Source of the DNA: an uncultured Acidimicrobiia bacterium
GTDB taxonomy: Bacteria; Actinomycetota; Acidimicrobiia; Spongiisociales; UBA11373
DNA: 64,000 nucleotides
Reading direction: 5' to 3'
Assembly: GCA_964354255.1 (NCBI GenBank)
Contig: CAYGYX010000002.1
Coordinates: 8,697 to 72,696 of the forward strand
Notes under the pieces: generated by a model
Seen by the model: only the letters and a program-made list of their open reading frames with translations
The model's database searches: none
Told to the model about the DNA's origin: nothing
In this document: piece by piece, positions 36,906 through 48,723 of the stretch
How the letters are laid out: every line of letters starts with the position of its first letter
Numbering within the stretch: position 1 is the first letter of the stretch
Position numbers and translations under genes: made by a program

Positions 36906-37724
36906 GTGCACCAGTTGAGGGGAGACACGGCCAAGAGCGCGCCGCCTCTGCGAGTCGCGCGCGGGAACGTCGTCTGCGACCTCGATGGGGTGGTCTACCT
37001 GTCCGATACCGCGGTGCCCGGCGCCGGTGCCGCACTATCGGAAATCGACCGCCGCGGGTACCGCCTGCTGTTCGCCACCAACGCCCCCATCCGCACACCG
37101 GAGGCAGTGGCCCTCCACATCACCTCGGTAAGTGGCTACCCCGCCGCCCCGGACCAGGTGGTCACCTCGGCGATGGCCGCCGCGGAAGTGCTCTCCCCTG
37201 CAGACGCACCGGTCCTGGTGGTGGGGGAGGCAGGGCTGGGCGTCACGCTGCAGCGGTCCGGGTTCTCGCTGACGGAGGATCCGCGGGAGGCTCGGGCCGT
37301 GGTGGTCGGCCTCGACCGCCGCCTGACGTACGACCATCTCCGCATCGCCGCTCAGGCCCTGCTGGGAGGTGCCCGGTTCATCGCCAGCAACCGGGATCCC
37401 ACCTACCCGACCGAGTTCGGGCCCTGGCCGGGGGGTGGGGCCATCGTGGCCGCCCTGGAGGCGGCCACGGGACGGACGGCCGAGGTGGTCGGCAAGCCCC
37501 ACCCACCGATGCGCGACGCCATCCGTCGGCGCCTGGGCTCCGGGCCCACCTGGGTGGTGGGTGACCGCCCGGAGACCGATCTGGCCCTGGGACGCGCAGA
37601 GGGGTGGACCACGGTGCTGGTCCTCACAGGCGTCGTCGAGGACCCCGCGCAGGTCCCCGAGGCCCTCCGTCCCGATCTGGTCCTGGCGACGATCGCCGAG
37701 CTGCCGGCTCACCTCCCAGGCTGA
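36906..37724 (+). CDS. HAD-superfamily hydrolase, subfamily IIA (NagD-like phosphatase)
   Basis: Motif I VVCDLDGVVY, motif II FATN and motif IV GDRPETDL. The GTG start at 36906 was chosen. The track ORF start at 36783 overlaps the upstream gene. Confidence 0.7.
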   Translation: MHQLRGDTAKSAPPLRVARGNVVCDLDGVVYLSDTAVPGAGAALSEIDRRGYRLLFATNAPIRTPEAVALHITSVSGYPAAPDQVVTSAMAAAEVLSPADAPVLVVGEAGLGVTLQRSGFSLTEDPREARAVVVGLDRRLTYDHLRIAAQALLGGARFIASNRDPTYPTEFGPWPGGGAIVAALEAATGRTAEVVGKPHPPMRDAIRRRLGSGPTWVVGDRPETDLALGRAEGWTTVLVLTGVVEDPAQVPEALRPDLVLATIAELPAHLPG

Positions 37725-37740
37725 AGCCGCTGCCTGCCGC

Positions 37741-38490
37741 CTACCAAGTGCCGGCCGCGACCGAGCGGGGAAGGGGCTGCGGGTTGAGGGTGTTGGCCAG
37801 CAGGCGCCGGCGCAGCGGCAGAGCGATCAGCACCCCGAAAAGGAACCCAGCGACGTGCGCTTCCCAGGCGATCCCGGAGGCCGCGTCGACGAGCAGGAAC
37901 TGGCTGACGATCCAGATCCCCAGGAAGGCGACGGCGGGAATGGCCACGATGCGGAACAGCACCAGAGTCAGCACCAGGTGGCGCGGGAAGAGGACCAGGT
38001 AGGCGCCCATCACCCCGGCGATCGCCCCGCTCGCTCCGACCAGAGGGATCGTGGTGTCCGGGTTGGCCCAAACGAACCCCGCCGTGGCAGCTATCCCCGA
38101 AGCGAGGTAGAACAGCAGGTAGGCGAAGGGCCCAAACGCCTCCTCGACGTTGTTGCCGAAGATCCACAGGCTCCACATGTTGAACAGCAGGTGGGCAGCG
38201 CCCCCGTGCAGGAACATGGAGACCCCGGCCGCCAGCCACACGTTCTTGCCGCCGAAATAGGGGGTGGAGGGCTCTTCGCGGCAGACCCCCCCGTTGATCT
38301 CGGCCAGATCGAGCGCGTCGCCGGTGGTCAGCTCGCAGGCGATGGCGGCCCGCTCGTACAGGAACTCGGCTTCCTCCTGGGTCCCGCTCGCCGGCTGCAG
38401 CGCGAAGAACACGATCGCGCAGCCGGCGATGATGGCCCAGCTGATGAGGGGGCGGGCCCGGGTGGGGTTGACATCGCGAATCGGCAGCAA
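37741..38490 (-). CDS. rhomboid-family intramembrane serine protease
   Basis: Carries the GxSG motif (GASGAIAGVMGAYL) and a downstream His in TM6 (HVAGFLFG), across 6 TM segments. Confidence 0.8.
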   Translation of the reverse strand: MLPIRDVNPTRARPLISWAIIAGCAIVFFALQPASGTQEEAEFLYERAAIACELTTGDALDLAEINGGVCREEPSTPYFGGKNVWLAAGVSMFLHGGAAHLLFNMWSLWIFGNNVEEAFGPFAYLLFYLASGIAATAGFVWANPDTTIPLVGASGAIAGVMGAYLVLFPRHLVLTLVLFRIVAIPAVAFLGIWIVSQFLLVDAASGIAWEAHVAGFLFGVLIALPLRRRLLANTLNPQPLPRSVAAGTW

Positions 38491-38528
38491 ATCCGCTTCC
38501 TGTCCCCGCGGGGAGGGATAATAGCTGT

Positions 38529-38657
38529 ATGGATTCTACGCGGATCGACTCCCTGCTCCACGATCTGGAGGATGCCGACCCCGCCGACGCTCCCGACCTC
38601 GCCGAGGCTGTGGCCCGGGCGCTGTCCAGCGGGCTCGATACCGGGGCGGTCCGCTGA
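38529..38657 (+). CDS. small acidic upstream ORF (42 aa) whose stop overlaps the probable tlyA start
   Basis: MDSTRIDSLLHDLEDADPADAPDLAEAVARALSSGLDTGAVR. It has a strong SD (GGGAGGG) 9 nt upstream of the ATG. Its TGA at 38655..38657 overlaps CTG 38654. It is too short for the ORF track. Confidence 0.35.
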   Translation: MDSTRIDSLLHDLEDADPADAPDLAEAVARALSSGLDTGAVR

Positions 38658-39436
38658 CCCGCCGTCGACTCGACCTGGAGTTGGTGCGGCGCGGACTGCT
38701 CACTACCCGCTCCGCGGCACAGCGGGCAATCGCCGAAGGGCGGGTCCTGGTCGGCGGCATGCCTGCCACCCGGTCGGCAACGCTGGTGGATGAGCAAGTG
38801 GCCCTGTCGCTCGTCCGGGAAGGCCCGCAGTGGGCGAGTCGCGGCGGCGTCAAGCTGGCCGCCGCCCTGGAGGCGTTCGCCGTGGACCCCTCCGGCCGGC
38901 GGTGCCTCGACGTGGGCGCCTCCACCGGCGGCTTCACCGACGTGCTCGTGGCCCGGGGGGCGGCCAGCGTGGCTGCGGTCGACGTCGGTTACGGCCAACT
39001 CGACTGGCGGCTGCGCTCCGACCCCCGGGTGAGGGTCTTCGACCGCACCAACTTCCGTACGGCCGACCCGGGGGCACTGGGAGCTCCCTTCGACATGGCC
39101 ACCATGGACGTCTCTTTCATCTCGATCCGCCTGCTGGCCGCCAATCTGGCGGCTTGCGGCCGGCCCGGCACCGACTACGTTGTCCTCGTGAAGCCCCAGT
39201 TCGAGGTTGGGCGAGAGCACGTTGGTCGCGGCGGCCTGGTCACCGACCCTCTCCGGCAGGCGTCCGCGATCGACGGCGCGGCCCGGGCGCTGGCCGCGGT
39301 GGGCATAGGCCCCATCGGGGTCTGCGCCTCACCGATCGCCGGCACTACGGGCAATCGCGAGTTCTTCCTGCACGGCCGACACGGTGCCGGTCCGGCCGTC
39401 GACCGAGCGTCGGTCGAGGCAATGGTGACCCGATGA
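38654..39436 (+). CDS. tlyA: 16S/23S rRNA (cytidine-2'-O)-methyltransferase TlyA (S4 + FtsJ-like)
   Basis: S4 domain (T)RRRLDLELVRRGLLTTRSAAQRAIAEGRVLVGGMP plus the MTase motif LDVGASTGGFTDVL. The conserved N-terminus begins 9 codons upstream of the first canonical start (TTG 38681). The proposed start is CTG 38654. A conservative alternative is 38681..39436. Confidence 0.75.
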   Translation: MTRRRLDLELVRRGLLTTRSAAQRAIAEGRVLVGGMPATRSATLVDEQVALSLVREGPQWASRGGVKLAAALEAFAVDPSGRRCLDVGASTGGFTDVLVARGAASVAAVDVGYGQLDWRLRSDPRVRVFDRTNFRTADPGALGAPFDMATMDVSFISIRLLAANLAACGRPGTDYVVLVKPQFEVGREHVGRGGLVTDPLRQASAIDGAARALAAVGIGPIGVCASPIAGTTGNREFFLHGRHGAGPAVDRASVEAMVTR

Positions 39437-40258
39437 GGCTGGCACTGATCATCCACCCCGAGCGCGACAGCGCCGCCGCCCTGGCCGCCGACCTCGTCGC
39501 CCGGGCGGCGAGCCGGGGCATCGAGGTCTCCGCCGAGCCGGCCGACGCAGCCCGCGTGCCCGGCACCTCGGTTCGTACCCCCGGCCGGCCTCTCCAGGCC
39601 GATGTGGTCGTCGCGGTCGGCGGTGACGGCACGGTGCTCGAGGCGGTGCGAGTGGGCCTGGCGGCCGACCTGCCGGTGCTGGGCGTCAACGCGGGGCACC
39701 TGGGCTTCCTCACCCGTGTCGAGCCCGAGCGCCTCGACGAGGCGCTCGACGCCCTGGCGGCGGGGGGCTGGGCCGAGTCGCCGAGAATGACCCTGACCGC
39801 TCGCGTGGCCGGGAAGCCGGCGGCCGTTGGGATCAACGACGTAGTGGTCGAGAAGGCGGTCAGCCAGCACGTCGTCAAGATCTCGGTGACGGTAGGGGCC
39901 GAGCACCTGGTCTCCTATCGCGCCGATGGGGTGGTGGTCGCCACGCCCACGGGCTCCACCGCCTACACGTTCTCTGCGGGCGGGCCGCTGGTCGACCCCG
40001 AACTCGAAGCCCTCGTGATCACCGCGGTCGCCCCCCACAACCTCTTTGGGCGCCCCATCGTCCTGCGACCCGATCAGCACCTGCGGCTGACGGTGGACGA
40101 CGATCGCCCGGCTCGGGTCAACGTCGACGGCCGGACCCTGACCCTGCTCACCCCGGGAGAGCATGTCGAGGTAGCCCGGGGCGATCGGTCGGCTCGCTTC
40201 ATCGAGCTGTGGCCGCGCAACTTCGCGGTCTCGGTGCGCGAGAAGTTCCACCTGCACG

Positions 40259-40266
<8 letters not shown>
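39433..40266 (+). CDS. nadK: NAD kinase
   Basis: Carries GGDGT (VVAVGGDGTVLEA) and NGHLGFLT motifs. The start was refined to MRLALIIHPE (ATGA overlap with tlyA). The track ORF start at 38830 was rejected. Confidence 0.85.
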
Positions 40267-43592
<3,326 letters not shown>

Positions 43593-43598
43593 GGCACG

Positions 43599-44144
43599 GT
43601 GCGCCGGCCAGCCTTGACCCTCCTCGGCAAGCGCTTCGTGGCTCGGGGGCAGTTCATCGCCCTGGAACGGGCCTACTACCTGGCCGACGGCGGGAGATGG
43701 GTGGCACGCGAGGTCATTCGCCACCCGGGATCGGCTGCGGTCGTCCTATGGGACGGCCGGCGCGTCCATCTGGTGCGGCAGCATCGCGCCGCAGTGGGCG
43801 GAAGCCTCCTCGAACTCCCCGCCGGGAAACTGGACGTCGCCGGGGAGCCGCCCCACCTGGCCGCCCGGCGTGAGTGCGTGGAGGAGCTGGGCCTGCAGCC
43901 GGGCCGCCTCACCCTTCTCCACATCGGCTACACCTCGCCCGGTTTCACCGACGAGCTGACCTGGATCTACCTCGGCGAGGACCTGACTGCGACGTCCGCC
44001 GCGCCGCAGGGGCCAGAAGAGGCGGCGGCCGAGGTGGTGAGCTTGTCGTTGGACGAGGTCGTCTCCGCGCTGGAAGATGGGGACGTGCGCGACGCCAAGA
44101 CCATCCTCGGACTGTGCAGCCTCCTCCGCCGCCTGGGCCGATGA
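43599..44144 (+). CDS. NUDIX hydrolase (ADP-ribose pyrophosphatase-like)
   Basis: Nudix box GKLDVAGEPPHLAARRECVEELG. Confidence 0.7.
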   Translation: MRRPALTLLGKRFVARGQFIALERAYYLADGGRWVAREVIRHPGSAAVVLWDGRRVHLVRQHRAAVGGSLLELPAGKLDVAGEPPHLAARRECVEELGLQPGRLTLLHIGYTSPGFTDELTWIYLGEDLTATSAAPQGPEEAAAEVVSLSLDEVVSALEDGDVRDAKTILGLCSLLRRLGR

Positions 44145-45091
44145 CCCTCGAAGAGCGCATCGCCGAGTACCTGGCTGCTCTCCGAGCGGAGCGGGGGCTG
44201 GCCGACGCCACCATTGCTGCCTACCGACGGGACCTGCGCCAGTACGCCGCGGCGTTGGGCGGGGCCTGGCCGGGGGCAGCGGCCGTTTCCGCGTTCGTTC
44301 GCGGCCTTCACGAGCGGGGCCTCGCCCCCGCCTCGGTGGCCCGCAAGGTCGCCGCCATCCGCGGATTCCATCGGTTCCTGGTGGCAGAGGGGCTCTGCCA
44401 GGAGGACCCGACCGTGCTGATCGATGCCCCGCGCCGGCCGGCTGCCCTGCCGAAAGCGCTCACGGTCGAGGAGGTCGTGCGGCTTCTCGAGGCTCCCGAC
44501 CCGGCTGCCCGCGGGGGGCGCCGTGACCGGGCCTTGCTGGAGTTCATGTACGCCACCGGGGCCCGGGTAGCGGAAGTGGTGGGTCTCCAGCAAATGGATC
44601 TCGATCTACCGGAGGAGGGGGAGAACGATAAGAAGAGGAGGGACCGACAGGGCCAGGAGCGTGAGGAGGAGCAGGAAAGGGCCGCCACTGCCCGGCTGAT
44701 GGGAAAGGGCCGCCGTGAGCGAGTGGTCCCGGTGGGGAAGCCGGCGTGCGAGGCGATCAGGGCCTACCTGCCCGACCGCCTCGCCATGCGCCAACCCGGG
44801 CGAGACCCAGGGGTGCTGTTCCTCAACAACCGGGGGCGGAGGCTCACGCGGCAGGGGGTATGGACGATCGTGCGCCGCCACGCACTGCGGGCCGGGCTCG
44901 ACCCAGAGAAGGTGTCGCCGCACGTGCTGCGACACTCGGCGGCGACCCACATGGTGGAGAGGGGAGCCGACCTGAGAGTCGTACAGGAACTCCTCGGGCA
45001 CGCTAGCATTGGGACCACACAGGTCTACACCCGAGTGTCCCCGCCGCACCTGCTCGAGGTGTATGCCACTTCCCACCCCCGCAGCACCTGA
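44141..45091 (+). CDS. xerD: site-specific tyrosine recombinase XerD
   Basis: Start refined to MTLEERIAEYLAAL (ATGA overlap with the nudix gene). Catalytic residues are in the R..HxxR..Y context (HVLRHSAATHM..GHASIGTTQVYT). An insert rich in Lys, Arg and Glu sits between the core-binding and catalytic domains. Confidence 0.8.
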   Translation: MTLEERIAEYLAALRAERGLADATIAAYRRDLRQYAAALGGAWPGAAAVSAFVRGLHERGLAPASVARKVAAIRGFHRFLVAEGLCQEDPTVLIDAPRRPAALPKALTVEEVVRLLEAPDPAARGGRRDRALLEFMYATGARVAEVVGLQQMDLDLPEEGENDKKRRDRQGQEREEEQERAATARLMGKGRRERVVPVGKPACEAIRAYLPDRLAMRQPGRDPGVLFLNNRGRRLTRQGVWTIVRRHALRAGLDPEKVSPHVLRHSAATHMVERGADLRVVQELLGHASIGTTQVYTRVSPPHLLEVYATSHPRST

Positions 45092-45098
45092 GGCCCTG

Positions 45099-45452
45099 AT
45101 GAGCACAGCTACCTTCCCCGACGCCGAGCAGCGCCTACGCCAGGAGCGCAGCAAGCTGGTGCACCAGCTCGCGGAGCTCGGCGCCGACGAGACCGGAGAG
45201 CTCCGGGCCGACGTGGAGTTCGGCGACGGCTTTGCCGACGCCGCCGCCGCCACGGCCGAGCGAACCGAGGTGCTGGGGCTGGTGGACTCCCTCAAGAAGA
45301 ACCTCGACGACGTCCACCTTGCTCTGGGCCGGATCCAGGAGGGCCTGTACGGCGTCTGCATCGGGTGCGGCCGCGACATCGGTACCGACCGGCTGGCCTT
45401 CCGGCCGGAGTCGGTGTACTGCGTCGAGTGCAAGGCCAGGGCCGGGTCCTGA
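45099..45452 (+). CDS. DksA/TraR-family C4-type zinc-finger protein
   Basis: Coiled-coil N-terminus plus CIGCGRDIG...CVEC. The start was refined to MSTATFPD. Confidence 0.6.
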   Translation: MSTATFPDAEQRLRQERSKLVHQLAELGADETGELRADVEFGDGFADAAAATAERTEVLGLVDSLKKNLDDVHLALGRIQEGLYGVCIGCGRDIGTDRLAFRPESVYCVECKARAGS

Positions 45453-45486
45453 ACAACAGGGCGGCCTCTTCGGCAGGGGCGGCCGG

Positions 45487-46176
45487 ATGATCGACGACAA
45501 CCGGGTGCTTGACGTCGTCCTCTTCCTGGCCGTGCTCCTCCCCAGCGTGATCTTCCACGAGGTGGCCCACGGGTGGGTAGCGGAGCGGTTGGGCGACCCG
45601 ACCCCCCGCCGGGCGGGCCGCATCACCCTCAACCCGATTCGGCACATCGACCCGGTCGGCTCCTTGCTGTTCCCGGCCCTCCTCGCCGCGGCCGGCCAGA
45701 GCGTCTGGGGATGGGCTCGCCCGGTCCCGGTCGAGCCCCGCCACTTCCGGCATCCCACCCGGGGCATGGCCTGGGTGGCCCTGGCCGGCCCGGCCAGCAA
45801 CCTGGCGCTGGGCGCGGTGGTAGCCCGGTTCGGACCGTTCATTGACCTGCGTGGTGCCGCCGACTCGGCGGCACCACCGGCCGCGGTGTACTGGCCCAGG
45901 CTGGAGGTCGGGGCCACCAGCGGGGCGCTCTGGGCCCGGGTGCTCTTCGCCTTCGTGCTGGTCAACTGCGCCCTGGCGGTGTTCAACATGCTCCCTATCC
46001 CGCCGCTCGACGGCAGCCGGCTCGTCCCCCTCGCTCTTCCCCCCGGGGGGCGGGAGGCCTTCAACCGCCTGGCCCCCTATGGCTTCTTGATCATCTTCCT
46101 CCTCGTCGTCGTGTTCCCCGGCGCGCTCGCCTTCGTGGGCGACGCGGTCGGCTGGCTGCTCCGAGTCCTGGTGTGA
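45487..46176 (+). CDS. site-2 protease family (M50) membrane metalloprotease
   Basis: HExxH in a TM helix (IFHEVAHG) and LPIPPLDG motif. The start was refined to MIDDNRV. Confidence 0.7.
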   Translation: MIDDNRVLDVVLFLAVLLPSVIFHEVAHGWVAERLGDPTPRRAGRITLNPIRHIDPVGSLLFPALLAAAGQSVWGWARPVPVEPRHFRHPTRGMAWVALAGPASNLALGAVVARFGPFIDLRGAADSAAPPAAVYWPRLEVGATSGALWARVLFAFVLVNCALAVFNMLPIPPLDGSRLVPLALPPGGREAFNRLAPYGFLIIFLLVVVFPGALAFVGDAVGWLLRVLV

Positions 46177-46652
46177 TGCGCCATCTCTCGCACCTGGCGC
46201 GACGGGCCTTGGGGGCCCTGTGCCTTCGCCCGCTCCAGCCCGCCGAGCAGGCGGAGGCAGCCCGGCTCCTGCGCCCGGAAGAGAGAAGGCTGTTCTGGGG
46301 ACAGGCCGCCGCCGACCAGCGGCACGCCCTGGGGTGCGCCCGGGTGGTGCTCGAGCGTGCCCCCGGCCGGCCCGACCTGGCACGGGCCGCCCTCTTGCAC
46401 GACGTGGGCAAGGGCACGGTTCGCCTCGGGGTCGGCGGCCGGGTGCTGGCCACCGGCCTTTCTCTCCTCCATCTCCCCACCCCCGGACGCCTTGGTGCCT
46501 ACCTGGCCCACGGGTGCCGCGGGGCCCACGAACTGGCAAGGGCACGAGCGGAGCCGCTGGTGGTGGCCTACGCCCGCCACCACCACGCCGCCCGCCCGCC
46601 CGCGGTCTCCGCGGAGGACTGGGACCTGCTGGAGGCCGCCGACCGGGCCTGA
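46173..46652 (+). CDS. HD-domain-like phosphohydrolase (weak)
   Basis: AALLHDVGK motif plus upstream and downstream His residues. Otherwise it is a low-complexity Ala/Arg-rich sequence. Confidence 0.35.
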   Translation: MMRHLSHLARRALGALCLRPLQPAEQAEAARLLRPEERRLFWGQAAADQRHALGCARVVLERAPGRPDLARAALLHDVGKGTVRLGVGGRVLATGLSLLHLPTPGRLGAYLAHGCRGAHELARARAEPLVVAYARHHHAARPPAVSAEDWDLLEAADRA

Positions 46653-46696
46653 AAGCCGGGGCCGGCGCGCCCCGTGGCAATACCATGGGGTGTCGC

Positions 46697-47455
46697 ATGA
46701 GCTACCAGGTCAGGACGCCGGTCTTCGAGGGCCCCCTCGACTTGCTGCTGCGCCTGATCACGGAGCGGCAGGTCGAGATCACCGAGGTAAGCCTCCTCGA
46801 CCTGGTCGATGAGTACCTGGCTCATCTCGCCCTGTTGCCGGATCTCGACATCGATTCCGCCAGCGAGTTCCTGGTCATCGCCGCCACCCTGATCCAGTTG
46901 AAGGCGCGTCGGCTGCTGCCCGGCTCGGCGGGGGTCGACCTCGATGAGGAACTGGCCCTGGCCGAGGAGCGCGACCGCCTGCTGAGCCGGCTCCTGGCCT
47001 GCCTCACCTTCAAGGATGTGGCGGCGGTCTTCGCCCACCGCCTCGAGGCCACGGCCCGCTTGGTGGGGCGGTACGCCGGACTCGACCCCGGTCTCGTCCC
47101 GCCGCCCCCTCTCGTCAACCTGCCGGTGACCGCCGCCGACCTGGCCGGCCTGGCGACTCGCCTGCTCTCGAGGCGCCGCGAGCTCGAGCTTGATCACCTG
47201 GACCTCGACCTGCCTTCCGTGGCCGCCGCCATCGAGGAAGTGCGGCGGCGGGTAGCAGCGGAGGTGCAAACCGACTTCGAGAGGCTCACCGCCCACCTGG
47301 GCAGGCCGCTCGAGGTGGTGGCGTACTTCCTGGCCGTGCTCGAGCTGGCCCGCTGGGGGCTCGTGCAAGCGGCCCAGGAGCACCCGGGAGCCCCGATCGT
47401 CCTCCACCACCGCACCAATCCCGACCGGGAGCTTGTGAGCGAATGGCCGAGCTGA
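46697..47455 (+). CDS. scpA: segregation and condensation protein A
   Basis: MSYQVRTPVFEGPLDLLLRLITERQVEITEVSLLDLVDEYL. The start was refined (alternative ATG at 46685). The track ORF start at 46220 was rejected. Confidence 0.8.
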   Translation: MSYQVRTPVFEGPLDLLLRLITERQVEITEVSLLDLVDEYLAHLALLPDLDIDSASEFLVIAATLIQLKARRLLPGSAGVDLDEELALAEERDRLLSRLLACLTFKDVAAVFAHRLEATARLVGRYAGLDPGLVPPPPLVNLPVTAADLAGLATRLLSRRRELELDHLDLDLPSVAAAIEEVRRRVAAEVQTDFERLTAHLGRPLEVVAYFLAVLELARWGLVQAAQEHPGAPIVLHHRTNPDRELVSEWPS

Positions 47456-48033
47456 ACGACCTCGTGGCAACCTTGGAAGCCATCCTGTTCGTGGCCGAGG
47501 ACCCGGTGCCCGTACGGGAGATTGCCGAGGTGTTGGAGGTGCCGCTCGCGTCCGTGGAGGAGGGTCTGGCCGCCCTCCAGGCTCGGCTCGAGGCAACCGG
47601 GGCCGGGCTGGTGGTGCGGCCGGCAGCGGCGGGCTGGCGCCTTTACACCCGACCCGACCTCCACCCCTACCTCGAGCGCTTCGCCGCGGGCGCCACCGCC
47701 GCCCGCCTCAGCCGCGCCGCGTTGGAGACACTGGCGGTCGTGGCCTACCGCCAGCCGGTGTCGCGAGCCCAGATCGGGGAGATCCGCGGGGTCGACTCCG
47801 ACCACGCCCTCCGTACCCTGGAACGACGGGGCCTCGTGGACGTGGTAGGGCGGGCCGGAGGGCCGGGACAGGCCGCCCTCTACGGCACCACCGACCTCTT
47901 CTTGGAGAAGCTGGGTATGCGGTCGCGCGCTGAGCTGCCGCCCCTGGCCGACCACGTGCCCCCGGCCGGAATCGTCGATCGGCTCGAGGAGCCTTTCCGC
48001 CCGGAGGAACCATCGAGCGACTCCAGCGCCTGA
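47443..48033 (+). CDS. scpB: segregation and condensation protein B
   Basis: LEAILFVAEDPVPVREIAEVL..GAGLVVRPAAAGWRLYTRPD..TLAVVAYRQPVSRAQIGEIRGV, i.e. the tandem wHTH of ScpB. Confidence 0.8.
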   Translation: MAELNDLVATLEAILFVAEDPVPVREIAEVLEVPLASVEEGLAALQARLEATGAGLVVRPAAAGWRLYTRPDLHPYLERFAAGATAARLSRAALETLAVVAYRQPVSRAQIGEIRGVDSDHALRTLERRGLVDVVGRAGGPGQAALYGTTDLFLEKLGMRSRAELPPLADHVPPAGIVDRLEEPFRPEEPSSDSSA

Positions 48034-48716
48034 TCGCCCACGCCGGGCTGGCTTCCCGGCGCGCCGCCGAGGACATGGTCCGGGCCGGCCGGGTCACCGT
48101 GGATGGGCGGGCCGCCCACCTCGGACAGAAGGTCGATCCCGCCACCGCCCGGGTAGAGGTCGACGGCATCCCACTCCCCATTCGTCCCGACCTGGTCTAC
48201 TACCTGCTGTTCAAGCCGGCCGGGGTGGTAAGCACCGCCTCCGACCCGCAAGGGCGGCCCACGGTGGTGGACCTGGTGCCCAAGGGCACCCGCGTCTACC
48301 CGGTCGGGCGCCTCGACGCCGACACCGAGGGGTTGGTCATCCTCACCAACGACGGGGACCTGGCGGCGCGGGTGACCCATCCCCGCCACGGCGTCGGCAA
48401 GACCTACCTGGCCCGGGTCACCGGCAACCCGGGGAGGGCGGCCCTGCGGGCGCTCATCGCCGGGGTGGAGTTGGAGGACGGCCCCGCCCGCGCTCGGGAG
48501 GCCCGGCTGGTGAGTCAACAGCGGGGCGAGGCACTGGTCCAGTTGGTCATGGGAGAGGGCCGCAAGCGAGAGGTGCGTCGCCTGCTGGCGGCAGTGGGCC
48601 ACCCGGTGCTGGCCCTGGTCCGCACAGCCATCGGCCCCGTTACCGACCGCGGCCTCAAGCCCGGAGCCTGGCGCGAACTCACTCTCGACGAGATCCGCTC
48701 CCTCTACATGGGATGA
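48012..48716 (+). CDS. rluB: 23S rRNA pseudouridine synthase RluB (S4 + RsuA-family catalytic domain); start codon uncertain
   Basis: S4 domain (I)ERLQRLIAHAGLASRRAAEDMVRAGRVTVDG plus catalytic GRLDADTEGLVILTNDG. The conserved S4 N-terminus lies upstream of the first canonical start (ATG 48075). There is no ATG/GTG/TTG in frame between the stop at 47931 and 48075. An ATC at 48012 is the proposed near-cognate start. The conservative CDS is 48075..48716. Confidence 0.7.
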   Translation: MERLQRLIAHAGLASRRAAEDMVRAGRVTVDGRAAHLGQKVDPATARVEVDGIPLPIRPDLVYYLLFKPAGVVSTASDPQGRPTVVDLVPKGTRVYPVGRLDADTEGLVILTNDGDLAARVTHPRHGVGKTYLARVTGNPGRAALRALIAGVELEDGPARAREARLVSQQRGEALVQLVMGEGRKREVRRLLAAVGHPVLALVRTAIGPVTDRGLKPGAWRELTLDEIRSLYMG

Positions 48717-48723
48717 TGACCGG

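Noticed and set aside
38830-39432. 5' extension of the nadK ORF (track 38830..40266) and the 31298..31483 extension of pafC.
   Set aside because: The extensions overlap tlyA and pafB in other frames and are Arg/Gly-rich. The conserved N-termini begin at the internal starts, which are coupled by ATGA/GTGA overlaps.
44141-45091. XerD considered as an integrase marking a mobile element.
   Set aside because: It sits in the conserved pyrG-nudix-xerD chromosomal context, which is the dimer-resolution recombinase. There is no adjacent tRNA, att repeat or phage/plasmid genes.
45292-46698. Minus-strand 468-aa ORF and other ORFs antisense to the S2P/HD/scpA region. Also 46568..47596(-), 47880..48785(-) and 49383..50534(-).
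   Set aside because: They are Arg/Pro/Gly-rich antisense frames of well-supported plus-strand genes.
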